Shown one piece after another: positions 8,863-16,481 of a stretch of DNA of 35,732 nt (position 1 is its first letter; each line of letters begins with the position of its first letter). The stretch comes from Candidatus Limiplasma sp. (GTDB lineage Bacteria > Bacillota > Clostridia > Christensenellales > Aristaeellaceae). Position numbers and translations under genes: made by a program. The notes under the pieces were generated by a model. It did not search any database. It was not told the DNA's origin and saw only the letters and a program-made list of their open reading frames with translations. The stretch is from NCBI GenBank assembly GCA_045612325.1, contig JAZKYW010000147.1, positions 1-35,732 on the forward strand. The letters are read 5' to 3'.

Positions 8863-8897
8863 CAGCAGCCTTCCAAGCAGGAGGGCTGCTGCTTTTT
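8863..8897 (+). terminator. intrinsic terminator of GH paralog 1
   Basis: 12-bp stem (8863-8874 / 8880-8891, one G-U pair), loop aagca, then TTTTT. Confidence 0.75.
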
Positions 8898-8951
8898 CTG
8901 ACCGTCCGACAGCCTGCGTCGGCATTCGACCATCCCCGCGCCCGCCGCCCC

Positions 8952-8980
8952 TTGACAAGCTTTGCCATACGAAGTACAAT
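8952..8980 (+). promoter_or_regulatory. consensus SigA promoter of tRNA-Arg(CCG)
   Basis: TTGACA (8952-8957), 17 nt, then TACAAT (8975-8980). The tRNA begins 12 nt downstream. Confidence 0.7.
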
Positions 8981-8991
8981 ATTTTGTGCGC

Positions 8992-9068
8992 GCGCCCGTA
9001 GCTCAGTTGGATAGAGCGTCAGACTCCGACTCTGAAGGCCATGCGTTCGAATCGCACCGGGCGTACCA
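8992..9068 (+). tRNA. tRNA-Arg (anticodon CCG, reads CGG), CCA encoded
   Basis: GCGCCCGTAGCTCAGTTGGATAGAGCGTCAGACTCCGACTCTGAAGGCCATGCGTTCGAATCGCACCGGGCGTACCA folds as a cloverleaf with anticodon stem TCAGA/TCTGA and loop CTCCGAC. Confidence 0.9.
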
Positions 9069-9072
9069 TAGC

Positions 9073-9108
9073 ATCCTGCAACCTGTACGGTTGTAGGATT
9101 TTTCTTTT
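9073..9108 (+). terminator. intrinsic terminator of tRNA-Arg(CCG)
   Basis: 11-bp stem atcctgcaacc / ggttgtaggat (one G-U pair), loop tgtac, then TTTTCTTTT. Confidence 0.75.
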
Positions 9109-9195
9109 GTTTTACCAGGTTGAACATCCTTTTTTTACCCCCAAAATCCCCTTCGGAAACGCGCAAAAAAACGGTAAATTATTTTGATAATTCTA

Positions 9196-9223
9196 TTGAT
9201 TTTGGGTTGGAAAAGAGTATAAT
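9196..9223 (+). promoter_or_regulatory. SigA promoter of the ArsB/NhaD-type permease gene
   Basis: TTGATT (9196-9201), 16 nt, then TATAAT (9218-9223). It leaves a roughly 115-nt leader. Confidence 0.5.
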
Positions 9224-9344
9224 GGGGAACGGTTTTTTGCCCGGCTTGCGCCAGGGAAAAAGCCAAAGATACCATAGAAACACTCAACGGCATGCAGCTT
9301 AGGCAGCATGCCCGATTCTTTGCCAAAAAGAGGGGAATAACATC

Positions 9345-10526
9345 ATGCTTGGACAGCCGCGCGTACGACGTTTGCCTTTGCTGAATCTCGGTTTCCTGTA
9401 TGCACTGAAAAGGGCGCTGATGAAGCTGGTTGCCTTTTTCAACGCCAACGTGGTGATGACCGTTGCGCTGTGTGCCGCTCTTGCAACCAGCATCGTGGTG
9501 CCTGTAGACGCGCAGTATCTGGGCTACTTTGATGTAAAGACGCTGTCCTGCCTGTTCTGCGTGCTGGCGGTAGTGTGCGCGCTGAAGAATATTCAGTTCT
9601 TCTACATTCTGGCAGGCCGAATCGTTCGCCTGTTCCGCAATGCGCGCATGAGCGTGCTGGCGCTGGTGTACATCACCTTTATCGGCTCCATGCTCATCGC
9701 CAACGACATGGCGCTGCTGACCTTTCTGCCTCTGGGCTATTTTGTACTGTCCTCCACCAAGAAGGAAAAGTACATGGCTGTTACCTTCATCCTGCAGAAC
9801 ATCGCGGCCAATCTGGGCGGCATGCTGACCCCCTTTGGTAATCCGCAGAATCTGTATCTGTATACCAAGTTCGGCATTCCTACGAACGAATTTATGCAGA
9901 TCATGTTCCTGCCCTTCACCGTGGCCATCCTGCTGATCACTGCCTGCTGCCTGATCTTCGTCAAGGCGGAGCCGCTGGAAGTGAAGGATGAAGAGGTCAA
10001 ACTGCCCGTCAAGCGCACGATCGTGTATCTTATGCTGTTCGCGCTGTCCATCGCCATTGTGTTCCGCGGCATTCCCTACTGGATCGGTCTGGTGGTGATC
10101 CCCATCGCGCTGTTCTTTATGGATCAGAAGGCGCTGAAGGATGTCGATTACCCCCTGCTGCTGACTTTCGTTTTCTTCTTCGTTTTCGCGGGTAACATGG
10201 CCCGTATCGAGCCTGTGCGTGCGCTGTTCTCTTCTCTGATGGAGCGCAGCACGCTGCTGTTCAGCGTTCTGTCCTGTCAGGTGATCAGCAATGTACCCTC
10301 CGCCATCCTGCTCAGCCAGTTCACGGGCAATTATGCCGAACTGCTGGTAGGCGTGAACATTGGCGGCGCAGGCACGCTGATCGCTTCTCTGGCCAGCCTG
10401 ATCACCTTCCGCCAGTACACCAACCACAACCCCGGCAAGACCGGTCACTATGTAAAGCTCTTCTCCGCCTTCAATTTCAGTTTCCTGTTTTTGCTGACGG
10501 GCATGATGATGCTTGTGGGAATCTAA
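9345..10526 (+). CDS. ArsB/NhaD-superfamily anion permease (YbiR-like)
   Basis: Polytopic membrane protein with GGMLTPFGNPQNLYLY (GxPQN signature) and a second half-repeat GVNIGGAGTLIASLASL. GAGGGG lies 9 nt upstream of the ATG at 9345. The alternative start at 9420 (MKLVAFFNANVV...) matches the usual family N-terminus but has a weak RBS. Confidence 0.7.
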   Translation: MLGQPRVRRLPLLNLGFLYALKRALMKLVAFFNANVVMTVALCAALATSIVVPVDAQYLGYFDVKTLSCLFCVLAVVCALKNIQFFYILAGRIVRLFRNARMSVLALVYITFIGSMLIANDMALLTFLPLGYFVLSSTKKEKYMAVTFILQNIAANLGGMLTPFGNPQNLYLYTKFGIPTNEFMQIMFLPFTVAILLITACCLIFVKAEPLEVKDEEVKLPVKRTIVYLMLFALSIAIVFRGIPYWIGLVVIPIALFFMDQKALKDVDYPLLLTFVFFFVFAGNMARIEPVRALFSSLMERSTLLFSVLSCQVISNVPSAILLSQFTGNYAELLVGVNIGGAGTLIASLASLITFRQYTNHNPGKTGHYVKLFSAFNFSFLFLLTGMMMLVGI

Positions 10527-10536
10527 CCATTGCAAA

Positions 10537-10569
10537 ACGGCGCTCGGTTAAAAACCGAATGCCGTTTTT
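10537..10569 (+). terminator. intrinsic terminator of the permease gene
   Basis: 11-bp stem acggcgctcgg / ccgaatgccgt (one mismatch, one G-U pair) followed by TTTTT. Confidence 0.5.
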
Positions 10570-10626
10570 GTTTGCAACGAGCACCTTGTTGTGCTATCAT
10601 GAAGAAAACCTTCATGAAAGGTGAAG

Positions 10627-10809
10627 ATGCTGCGTATGGAACCCAGGGATTATACTGTTATTCGAATCGAAGGCGAGTATGCCTATCTTCGTGCCGATGA
10701 CGCACCGACAGACGAACCGCTTTTCATTGCCATGGCACTGCTTCCCCCGGAGGTCGACATTGGCACCAGACTGCATTGCGAAATGTTCTGTTATACGGTC
10801 ATCGAGTAA
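10627..10809 (+). CDS. small DUF3006-like protein
   Basis: About 60 aa. The pattern YTVIRIEGEYAYLRADD...LPPEVDIGTRL resembles DUF3006 (xIDRFEGxxAVLE...LPxxAKEGD). A TTGCAA-17-TATCAT promoter lies at 10572-10600. The start is ambiguous (GTG 10621, ATG 10627, ATG 10636). Confidence 0.45.
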   Translation: MLRMEPRDYTVIRIEGEYAYLRADDAPTDEPLFIAMALLPPEVDIGTRLHCEMFCYTVIE

Positions 10810-10815
10810 GAGAAA

Positions 10816-10849
10816 GACTCCCCCGGAATCTTGCGGGGGAGTCTTTTTT
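10816..10849. terminator. bidirectional intrinsic terminator
   Basis: 10-bp stem gactcccccg / cgggggagtc, with an A-rich tract upstream and TTTTTT downstream. It overlaps the stop codon of the convergent GH gene. Confidence 0.75.
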
Positions 10850-12683
10850 ATGCCTGCCAATCCCACAGGTTGGCGGGTTCGGTTTTCAGCGGCTGCTTCG
10901 AGGCGAAGAACAGCACGCTGCTTTGGGCGGGTACTGATACGTAGCTTGTTTCGCGGACGGATGTGTTTTCGCTGTGAAGCCTGCGCAGGTACCATTCGTC
11001 ATCGCCGAGGATATGCGTCCAGTCGCAGGGGATGACCATGTCGCGGGCAGTGGGGTTAAAGAAAAAGGCCAGTTTGCCCTGCTGCGCATCCGCGGTCAGG
11101 ATGATATCATCCCGCTTGTCCTGCCAATAGGGGAAACGGTTGCGCACGAAGCCCCGGGGGCGGATGAGGCGCAGCAGCGCCTGACGCTCGGCGGACAGTT
11201 CATGCACGGGGTCGGAGGTGGTGACCACGCCGCCCGACAGCGCCTGCAGCAGGGCAAGCGCCTCGACCTGAGGCGGCTTGAGATGAGTGTGGAAGTCGCG
11301 CAGCAGCACGGCGTCGGGGTCGTTCTGCCAGTAGATGTTGTTGAAATACTGGTCTGCGCATACTTCGCGAATCATATTGACAGGGCCGAAGTTGGTCTCT
11401 GACCACTGCGCGCCCACATCGCCTGCAATGCGCATCATATCCACGCAGCCGACGGCAGGCATGAAGGGGGAGATGCAGCCAAGCCACAGGCTTTCTTCGC
11501 CGATGACCTCGCGTACCTTAACCAAAAACTCGCGGAAATACTCGTAGGACGTTTTGCCCGGGGTGTGGCGCTGTACCGTGGAGGAATCCTGTACGCCCCA
11601 GGATAAAAAGTCGGTCTTGTATAGCGTATAGCCCCAGCTGCGCAGCGTACGGAAAACGTTGAGGATATACGCCATCGCATCGGGATGGCTGGTATCCAGC
11701 ACATAGTAGTCGCTGTCGCGATAGCCCCAGGGTTTGGGTTCGTTATAATGCCGCCAGCAGGTCACATAGCTGCCGTCATTGTAGCGAAGCATCCAATCGG
11801 GATGTTCGCGGAACAGCCGGGAGCAATCGCCTACCATGTACGGGCCTACCCAAATGCCGGGCTGAAACCCTGCTGCAGTGATCAGCTGCGCTGCTTTTTC
11901 AAGCCCGCCCGGGTAGCGCGGATGGGGCTGGAGCCAGTCGCCGCAGGAGGGGAAGTAGCCTGCATCGATCTGGATATGGCTGAAAGGCGCAAGCTCGCGG
12001 CAGCGGGCAAAGCCGTCCAGATATTCCCCCAGTATTTCCAGATCGATATTGTGATACAGATAGTACCACGAACACCAGTGGAAAGCAGGGCTTTTTGGCG
12101 TGCGCGCACCCATGGTGCGGGCGATTTGCCTTGCACAGTCAGTCAGCAAATCGGAGATGTCGCTGCCTGCGGTGAAAAACAAATCGGGCAGGGCAACATC
12201 ATCCGCGCCTGTACCTTCAAGACTGACGAAGGAAGAAAGCTTTCCTTTTTCCGTTTGATAGTGAACGCGGTATCGGGCGTTATCCTTTGCGTACACGGCA
12301 CAGCAGCCCTGTTCATTGGTCAAACCGACCAGTGTGTTGGAAAGCACGTCTTCATCTGCCTCAACAAAGCCCGACGGCCCGCCGATGCCATGCCCCTGCC
12401 GAAACAGGCGTACGCAGCCTTTCATTTGGGCATTTGCAAAGGGGGAAATATCGTGCGCACCGCCCAAACCGATGGCGCGGCAGCTGACCGTAATGCCGCG
12501 GGCATCTTCTGCAGCACGCAGAATAAGCTTGCCGCCTGCAAGGGTGAAAACGGCTTCGTTTGCTGTAACTTCACAGAAAACAGGCCGCAGCGGCACGCCG
12601 TCAACAGCCGGGTACGCGCCAAGCAGCGAAATTTGTCCAAGGGTTATATCAAGACTGCCGTCCGGGTAAAACTGAAACGACAT
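10848..12683 (-). CDS. alpha-galactosidase-like glycoside hydrolase (clan GH-D), paralog 2, with a degenerate DDGW motif
   Basis: 611 aa. HWCSWYYLYHNID, IQIDAGYF (in place of DDGW), YKTDFL (nucleophile motif), MRIAGDVG (R-x-x-x-D) and YWQNDPDAVLL. GGGAGGA lies 7 nt upstream of the ATG at 12683. Confidence 0.7.
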   Translation of the reverse strand: MSFQFYPDGSLDITLGQISLLGAYPAVDGVPLRPVFCEVTANEAVFTLAGGKLILRAAEDARGITVSCRAIGLGGAHDISPFANAQMKGCVRLFRQGHGIGGPSGFVEADEDVLSNTLVGLTNEQGCCAVYAKDNARYRVHYQTEKGKLSSFVSLEGTGADDVALPDLFFTAGSDISDLLTDCARQIARTMGARTPKSPAFHWCSWYYLYHNIDLEILGEYLDGFARCRELAPFSHIQIDAGYFPSCGDWLQPHPRYPGGLEKAAQLITAAGFQPGIWVGPYMVGDCSRLFREHPDWMLRYNDGSYVTCWRHYNEPKPWGYRDSDYYVLDTSHPDAMAYILNVFRTLRSWGYTLYKTDFLSWGVQDSSTVQRHTPGKTSYEYFREFLVKVREVIGEESLWLGCISPFMPAVGCVDMMRIAGDVGAQWSETNFGPVNMIREVCADQYFNNIYWQNDPDAVLLRDFHTHLKPPQVEALALLQALSGGVVTTSDPVHELSAERQALLRLIRPRGFVRNRFPYWQDKRDDIILTADAQQGKLAFFFNPTARDMVIPCDWTHILGDDEWYLRRLHSENTSVRETSYVSVPAQSSVLFFASKQPLKTEPANLWDWQA

Positions 12684-12775
12684 GGATTTTTCCTCCCGCA
12701 GGGTTTTGTCTATTTTATCACAGATGACGACGTTTGCGAATAAGGTGATTTGCTGAAATGCATTTTCATTTTATA

Positions 12776-12804
12776 TTGACACCGTCTTGCATGAAGCCTA
12801 TAAT
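12776..12804 (+). promoter_or_regulatory. consensus SigA promoter of the PHP gene
   Basis: TTGACA (12776-12781), 17 nt, then TATAAT (12799-12804). Confidence 0.65.
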
Positions 12805-12872
12805 TCAAATCAGGAAACATTCGCGGAGCGCATATGACCGTTGGTTGTGCGTGGAAAAGGAGAATATGACCC

Positions 12873-14297
12873 ATGATGCAGTTCAAACCCAACAAGAATC
12901 TGGAAAGCTATGATGTTTATCCCAAGGTGTTTGCCATTGGTAAGACCGCGACCATTCATATCCGTCAGCTGGGCAGCAAGACGGGCCGCAATGTGGACGG
13001 TCGTCTGCCTGAGTTCATCCCCGGGCAGGAGTATAAGCTGATGATCGCCTCTCTGGAAGGCGGCAGGGATATTGAATGGCCCATCAGCGCCGACATGCCC
13101 GTGCAGCCCATCGTTTGCGATGAGAACGGCAATTTCACTTTCGAGCACACCTTCACGGCGGAGGGTCAGTACTTCCTGCGCTTTATGGATGCGGAGGACA
13201 GGCGCATCAACCAGTTCCCCGTTTTCTGCGTAGGCGAGGACCTTGTGGGCCGTTATCCCTTCCGCGGCGACCTGCACCTGCACAGCTGCCGTTCCGACGG
13301 CCGTCAAGAGCCTGAGATCGTTTGCGCCAACTATCGCCGTCATGGCTATGACTTCCTGGCCATCACCGACCATGAGCGTTACTTCCCCTCTCTGGATGCG
13401 CTGCGCTTCTACAAGGATGTGCCGATCGAACTGAACATCCTGCCCGGTGAGGAAGTGCATCCTCAGCCCGTGGACGGCATGCGCGAGCCTGTGCACATCG
13501 TCAACTTTGGCGGCGAGTATAGCGTAAACGCCATGGTGGAAGGCCTTGCCACCAACTCCCGCGGCAAGGATCCCTCCGTGCGCAGCCTGTACGGCGAGTG
13601 CCCGCCCGTGATGACCAAGGAAGAATACGATGCGCTGATGAAGAAGCTCATCGCCGAAAGCGACGTGCCCGAAGGCATCGAGCCCTTCCCCGCCGTGTGC
13701 TGCAAGTGGGTCTTTGATGAGATCCATAAGGCAAACGGTCTGGGCATTTTCTGCCATCCCCGCTGGATCTCCAACATGGTAAACGTGCCCGAGCGCTTTA
13801 CCGATTACCTGATGGATACCAAGCCCTTTGACGCCTTCGAAGTGCTCGGCGGCGAACTGTACTACGAGCAGAACGGCTTCCAGGCGCTGCGCTATTATGA
13901 GGACCGCGCCAAGGGCCGCAACTATCCCGTGGTAGGCAGCACCGACAGCCATAACTCCTATGAATCCTACGAAGAGGCGCTGATTTGCTCCACCATCGTT
14001 TTCGCTCCCGAAAACGAGCGCAAGACCCTCATTCAGGCCATCAAGGATTATTACTCCATCGCGGTGGATACCATCAGCGAGGAGTTCCGCCTTGTGGGCG
14101 ATTACCGCCTGGGCCGCTATGCGTGCTTCCTGCTCAAGGAATACTTCCCCCTGCACGATGAACTGTGCATCGAAGAAGGCCGCCTGATGAAGCAGTATGC
14201 CACCGGCACCCCCGAGGAAAAGGCAGACGCCCTGCGCGTGCTGGAAGTGCTCTGCGGCCGCGTGCAGAAGCAGCGCGAAAAGTATTTCTGCTTCTGA
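12873..14297 (+). CDS. PHP-domain metallohydrolase (CehA/McbA-like) with an N-terminal ~120-aa extra domain
   Basis: RGDLHLHSCRSDGRQEPEIVCANYRRHGYDFLAITDHERY is the PHP H-x-H...D-H signature. There are later His motifs as well (FCHPRW, GSTDSHN). GGAG lies 10 nt upstream of the ATG. Confidence 0.75.
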   Translation: MMQFKPNKNLESYDVYPKVFAIGKTATIHIRQLGSKTGRNVDGRLPEFIPGQEYKLMIASLEGGRDIEWPISADMPVQPIVCDENGNFTFEHTFTAEGQYFLRFMDAEDRRINQFPVFCVGEDLVGRYPFRGDLHLHSCRSDGRQEPEIVCANYRRHGYDFLAITDHERYFPSLDALRFYKDVPIELNILPGEEVHPQPVDGMREPVHIVNFGGEYSVNAMVEGLATNSRGKDPSVRSLYGECPPVMTKEEYDALMKKLIAESDVPEGIEPFPAVCCKWVFDEIHKANGLGIFCHPRWISNMVNVPERFTDYLMDTKPFDAFEVLGGELYYEQNGFQALRYYEDRAKGRNYPVVGSTDSHNSYESYEEALICSTIVFAPENERKTLIQAIKDYYSIAVDTISEEFRLVGDYRLGRYACFLLKEYFPLHDELCIEEGRLMKQYATGTPEEKADALRVLEVLCGRVQKQREKYFCF

Positions 14298-14317
14298 TGA
14301 TTTTCAAAATCAAAGCC

Positions 14318-14351
14318 CCCGCGTGTCCCTGTTGGGATGCGCGGGTTTTTT
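14318..14351 (+). terminator. intrinsic terminator of the PHP gene
   Basis: 12-bp stem cccgcgtgtccc / gggatgcgcggg (two G-U pairs), loop tgtt, then TTTTTT. Confidence 0.8.
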
Positions 14352-14424
14352 GTGTTTTTGTATTGCGCTTTGGGCGTTGGTCGGGTACACTACAGATAAC
14401 TGAGAACCTGACGGAGGGTTTGCC

Positions 14425-16437
14425 ATGTACGAACAATTGAACATCCAATGTGAATATTTGACGGATACGCCCGCGTGCAAAGAATTTCGCTTCACGCTGC
14501 ATAACCCCACGCACGAAGAGATTTGGCTGGAAGAGTTTGAGCTTTTTGGCACCGATGATTTGACAACGCTTGATATTTCCAAGGAGGACTGCCGTGTATT
14601 CCGCACGGGCCGTCACAAAAACGATATGCCTTCCGTGGCGCAGCTTGGTAGAATGGACGATGCTTTGCAGGATGCGCTGGGCGGCATGACGGAATCGGGC
14701 GACAGGGCCGAAAGCAGCGGAAAGCGTCTGCTCATCAGCGACCATCTGACCGTACTTGGCAGCGGCGAAAAGTGGTGCATGCTTGCCTTCATGACGGGCG
14801 ATGAGCAGATGTTCGCAACGGAGATCATCCTTTCGGAAACAGGCGAATTTGTGTCGCTCTCCAGCCATGTGCAGTTTCACCGCTACATCCGTGCGGGAGA
14901 AACGCTCACGACCGAAACGCTGCGCATTGAGCAGACGGCAGACCCCGAAAAGAGCATCCGCGCGTTTGCCAAAGCAAAGGCCAAGCCCCGTCCCTCGCTG
15001 ACGGAAGGGCCGCCTTCCGTGTTCTGCACATGGTATTATTACGGCCTGACCGTCACCGAAGAGGATGTGATGGTCAATCTGGAGCGGATGAGCAAACAGA
15101 AATTGCCCTTTGATGTGTTCCAAATCGACGAGGGCTGGGAAATCGCGCTGGGACATTGGGAACAGAACGAGAAATTCCCCACGCCCATGAAGGAGATTGC
15201 CTACCGCATCCGTGAGGCAGGCTACCGCCCCGGTATCTGGACCAGTCCCTTTGTGGCTAAGGAGACCTCTCCCGTGATGCTTGAGCATCCCGAGTGGATC
15301 CTGCGCGACCGCGAAGGCAATCCCTGCATCTTCCCCATGAACGATACCACGCATTATGTGCTGGATATCACCCATCCCGGTACCTTGCCGTATCTGACCG
15401 AGCTTTACCGCCACCTCACCTTTGATTGGGGCTATACCTACCACAAGCTGGATTTCACCCGCGCGCCCATGATCTACGAGGATGCGGATTTCCACAACAA
15501 GTACATCACCCCCGCGAAAGCGTACCGCGAGGCGGTCGCAGCCATCCGCAAGGGTATGGGGGAGGATGCATATTTCCTGATGTGCGGCGGCCTGTATGAC
15601 CCGCTCATCGGTATGGTGGATGCGCAGCGCAGCGGCTCGGATGTGCTGTCCATGTGGTCGTCCACGGTCAACAAGGGCGGCAAGACCGCGCCGTATACCA
15701 TCAAGCAGAGCCTGCTGCGCTACTACATGAATGAATGGTGGCACAACGACCCCGATGCGCTGATGATCCGCCGAAATGATCAAATGGAGCGCGGCCTGCG
15801 CCTGACTTACGGTTTGCTCAACGAGGATGAGGTGCGCACGGTGGTTGCCAATCAGCTGATCGGCGGCGGCATCGTCTGTTCCACCGAGCCGCTGGACAAG
15901 ATCGATGCGGACCGCCTTGCGCGTCTGCGCCACCTGCTGCCGCCCATGCGCACGCAAGTGCAGCCGCTTGCCATGATGGATTCGGGCCGCTTCCCCGATC
16001 AGGTGCGTGTGACCTTTGATGGAGATGACCGCGTGCTGGTCGCGCTGATCAACTGGTCGGATGACGAAAGCATCCCCGCCTGCATCAAACTGGACGCGCA
16101 AACGCTCGGCGCAGCCTATGCGCAGGAGGCGCGATATGTGGTCAGCAGCTTCTTTGACGGCGACTGGCAGGCAAATATAGCGGCTGATGAAAATGTTGCC
16201 TTGGGTCAAATCGCGCCTCACAGCACCGCGATGCTGAAAATCGAGCGTCAGGCGGATAAGCCCATTGTTGCGGCGTCCGATGCGCACTTCAGCATGGGCC
16301 TTGAACTGGATGACCTTCGCATGGAGGATGGCGCAGCTTTCGCCAGGCGCCAGCCCTCCTGCTGGGACGCGCGTTACACGGTGCTTGACCCCGTAACGGG
16401 CCAAACCGCGGAGCTTATCTTTGCGGCAGAAGAATAA
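14425..16437 (+). CDS. alpha-galactosidase-like glycoside hydrolase (clan GH-D), paralog 3
   Basis: 670 aa. VFCTWYYYGL, FQIDEGWE, HKLDFT (nucleophile motif), QRSGSDV (R-x-x-x-D) and WHNDPDALMI. It is collinear with paralog 2 motif by motif. GGAGGG lies 6 nt upstream. Confidence 0.75.
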   Translation: MYEQLNIQCEYLTDTPACKEFRFTLHNPTHEEIWLEEFELFGTDDLTTLDISKEDCRVFRTGRHKNDMPSVAQLGRMDDALQDALGGMTESGDRAESSGKRLLISDHLTVLGSGEKWCMLAFMTGDEQMFATEIILSETGEFVSLSSHVQFHRYIRAGETLTTETLRIEQTADPEKSIRAFAKAKAKPRPSLTEGPPSVFCTWYYYGLTVTEEDVMVNLERMSKQKLPFDVFQIDEGWEIALGHWEQNEKFPTPMKEIAYRIREAGYRPGIWTSPFVAKETSPVMLEHPEWILRDREGNPCIFPMNDTTHYVLDITHPGTLPYLTELYRHLTFDWGYTYHKLDFTRAPMIYEDADFHNKYITPAKAYREAVAAIRKGMGEDAYFLMCGGLYDPLIGMVDAQRSGSDVLSMWSSTVNKGGKTAPYTIKQSLLRYYMNEWWHNDPDALMIRRNDQMERGLRLTYGLLNEDEVRTVVANQLIGGGIVCSTEPLDKIDADRLARLRHLLPPMRTQVQPLAMMDSGRFPDQVRVTFDGDDRVLVALINWSDDESIPACIKLDAQTLGAAYAQEARYVVSSFFDGDWQANIAADENVALGQIAPHSTAMLKIERQADKPIVAASDAHFSMGLELDDLRMEDGAAFARRQPSCWDARYTVLDPVTGQTAELIFAAEE

Positions 16438-16445
16438 GAAACATC

Positions 16446-16481
16446 AAAAAGGATCGCCCTGCCAACGGGGCGATCCTTTTT
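16446..16481. terminator. bidirectional intrinsic terminator
   Basis: Stem ggatcgccc (16451-16459) / gggcgatcc (16468-16476), flanked by A5 and T5. It overlaps the stop of the convergent dipeptidase gene. Confidence 0.75.

Noticed and set aside
7092-8933. 613-aa ORF on the minus strand
   Set aside because: It is antisense to GH paralog 1. It has no recognisable motifs and an Arg/Ala/Gly/His/Leu-rich composition typical of stop-free antisense frames in high-GC DNA. The plus-strand frame has the GH-D motifs, an RBS and a terminator.
9135-10535. 466-aa minus-strand ORF
   Set aside because: It is antisense to the ArsB/NhaD permease. It is highly charged, Gln/His/Asp/Arg-rich low-complexity sequence, while the plus strand encodes a clean polytopic membrane protein.
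11685-14156. ORFs 11685-12743 (+) and 12810-14156 (-)
   Set aside because: They are antisense to GH paralog 2 and to the PHP gene respectively. They have no motifs and cross the divergent promoter region.
14134-16404. 756-aa ORF on the minus strand
   Set aside because: It is antisense to GH paralog 3 and the end of the PHP gene. It has the same antisense-type composition, no RBS and no domain signatures.
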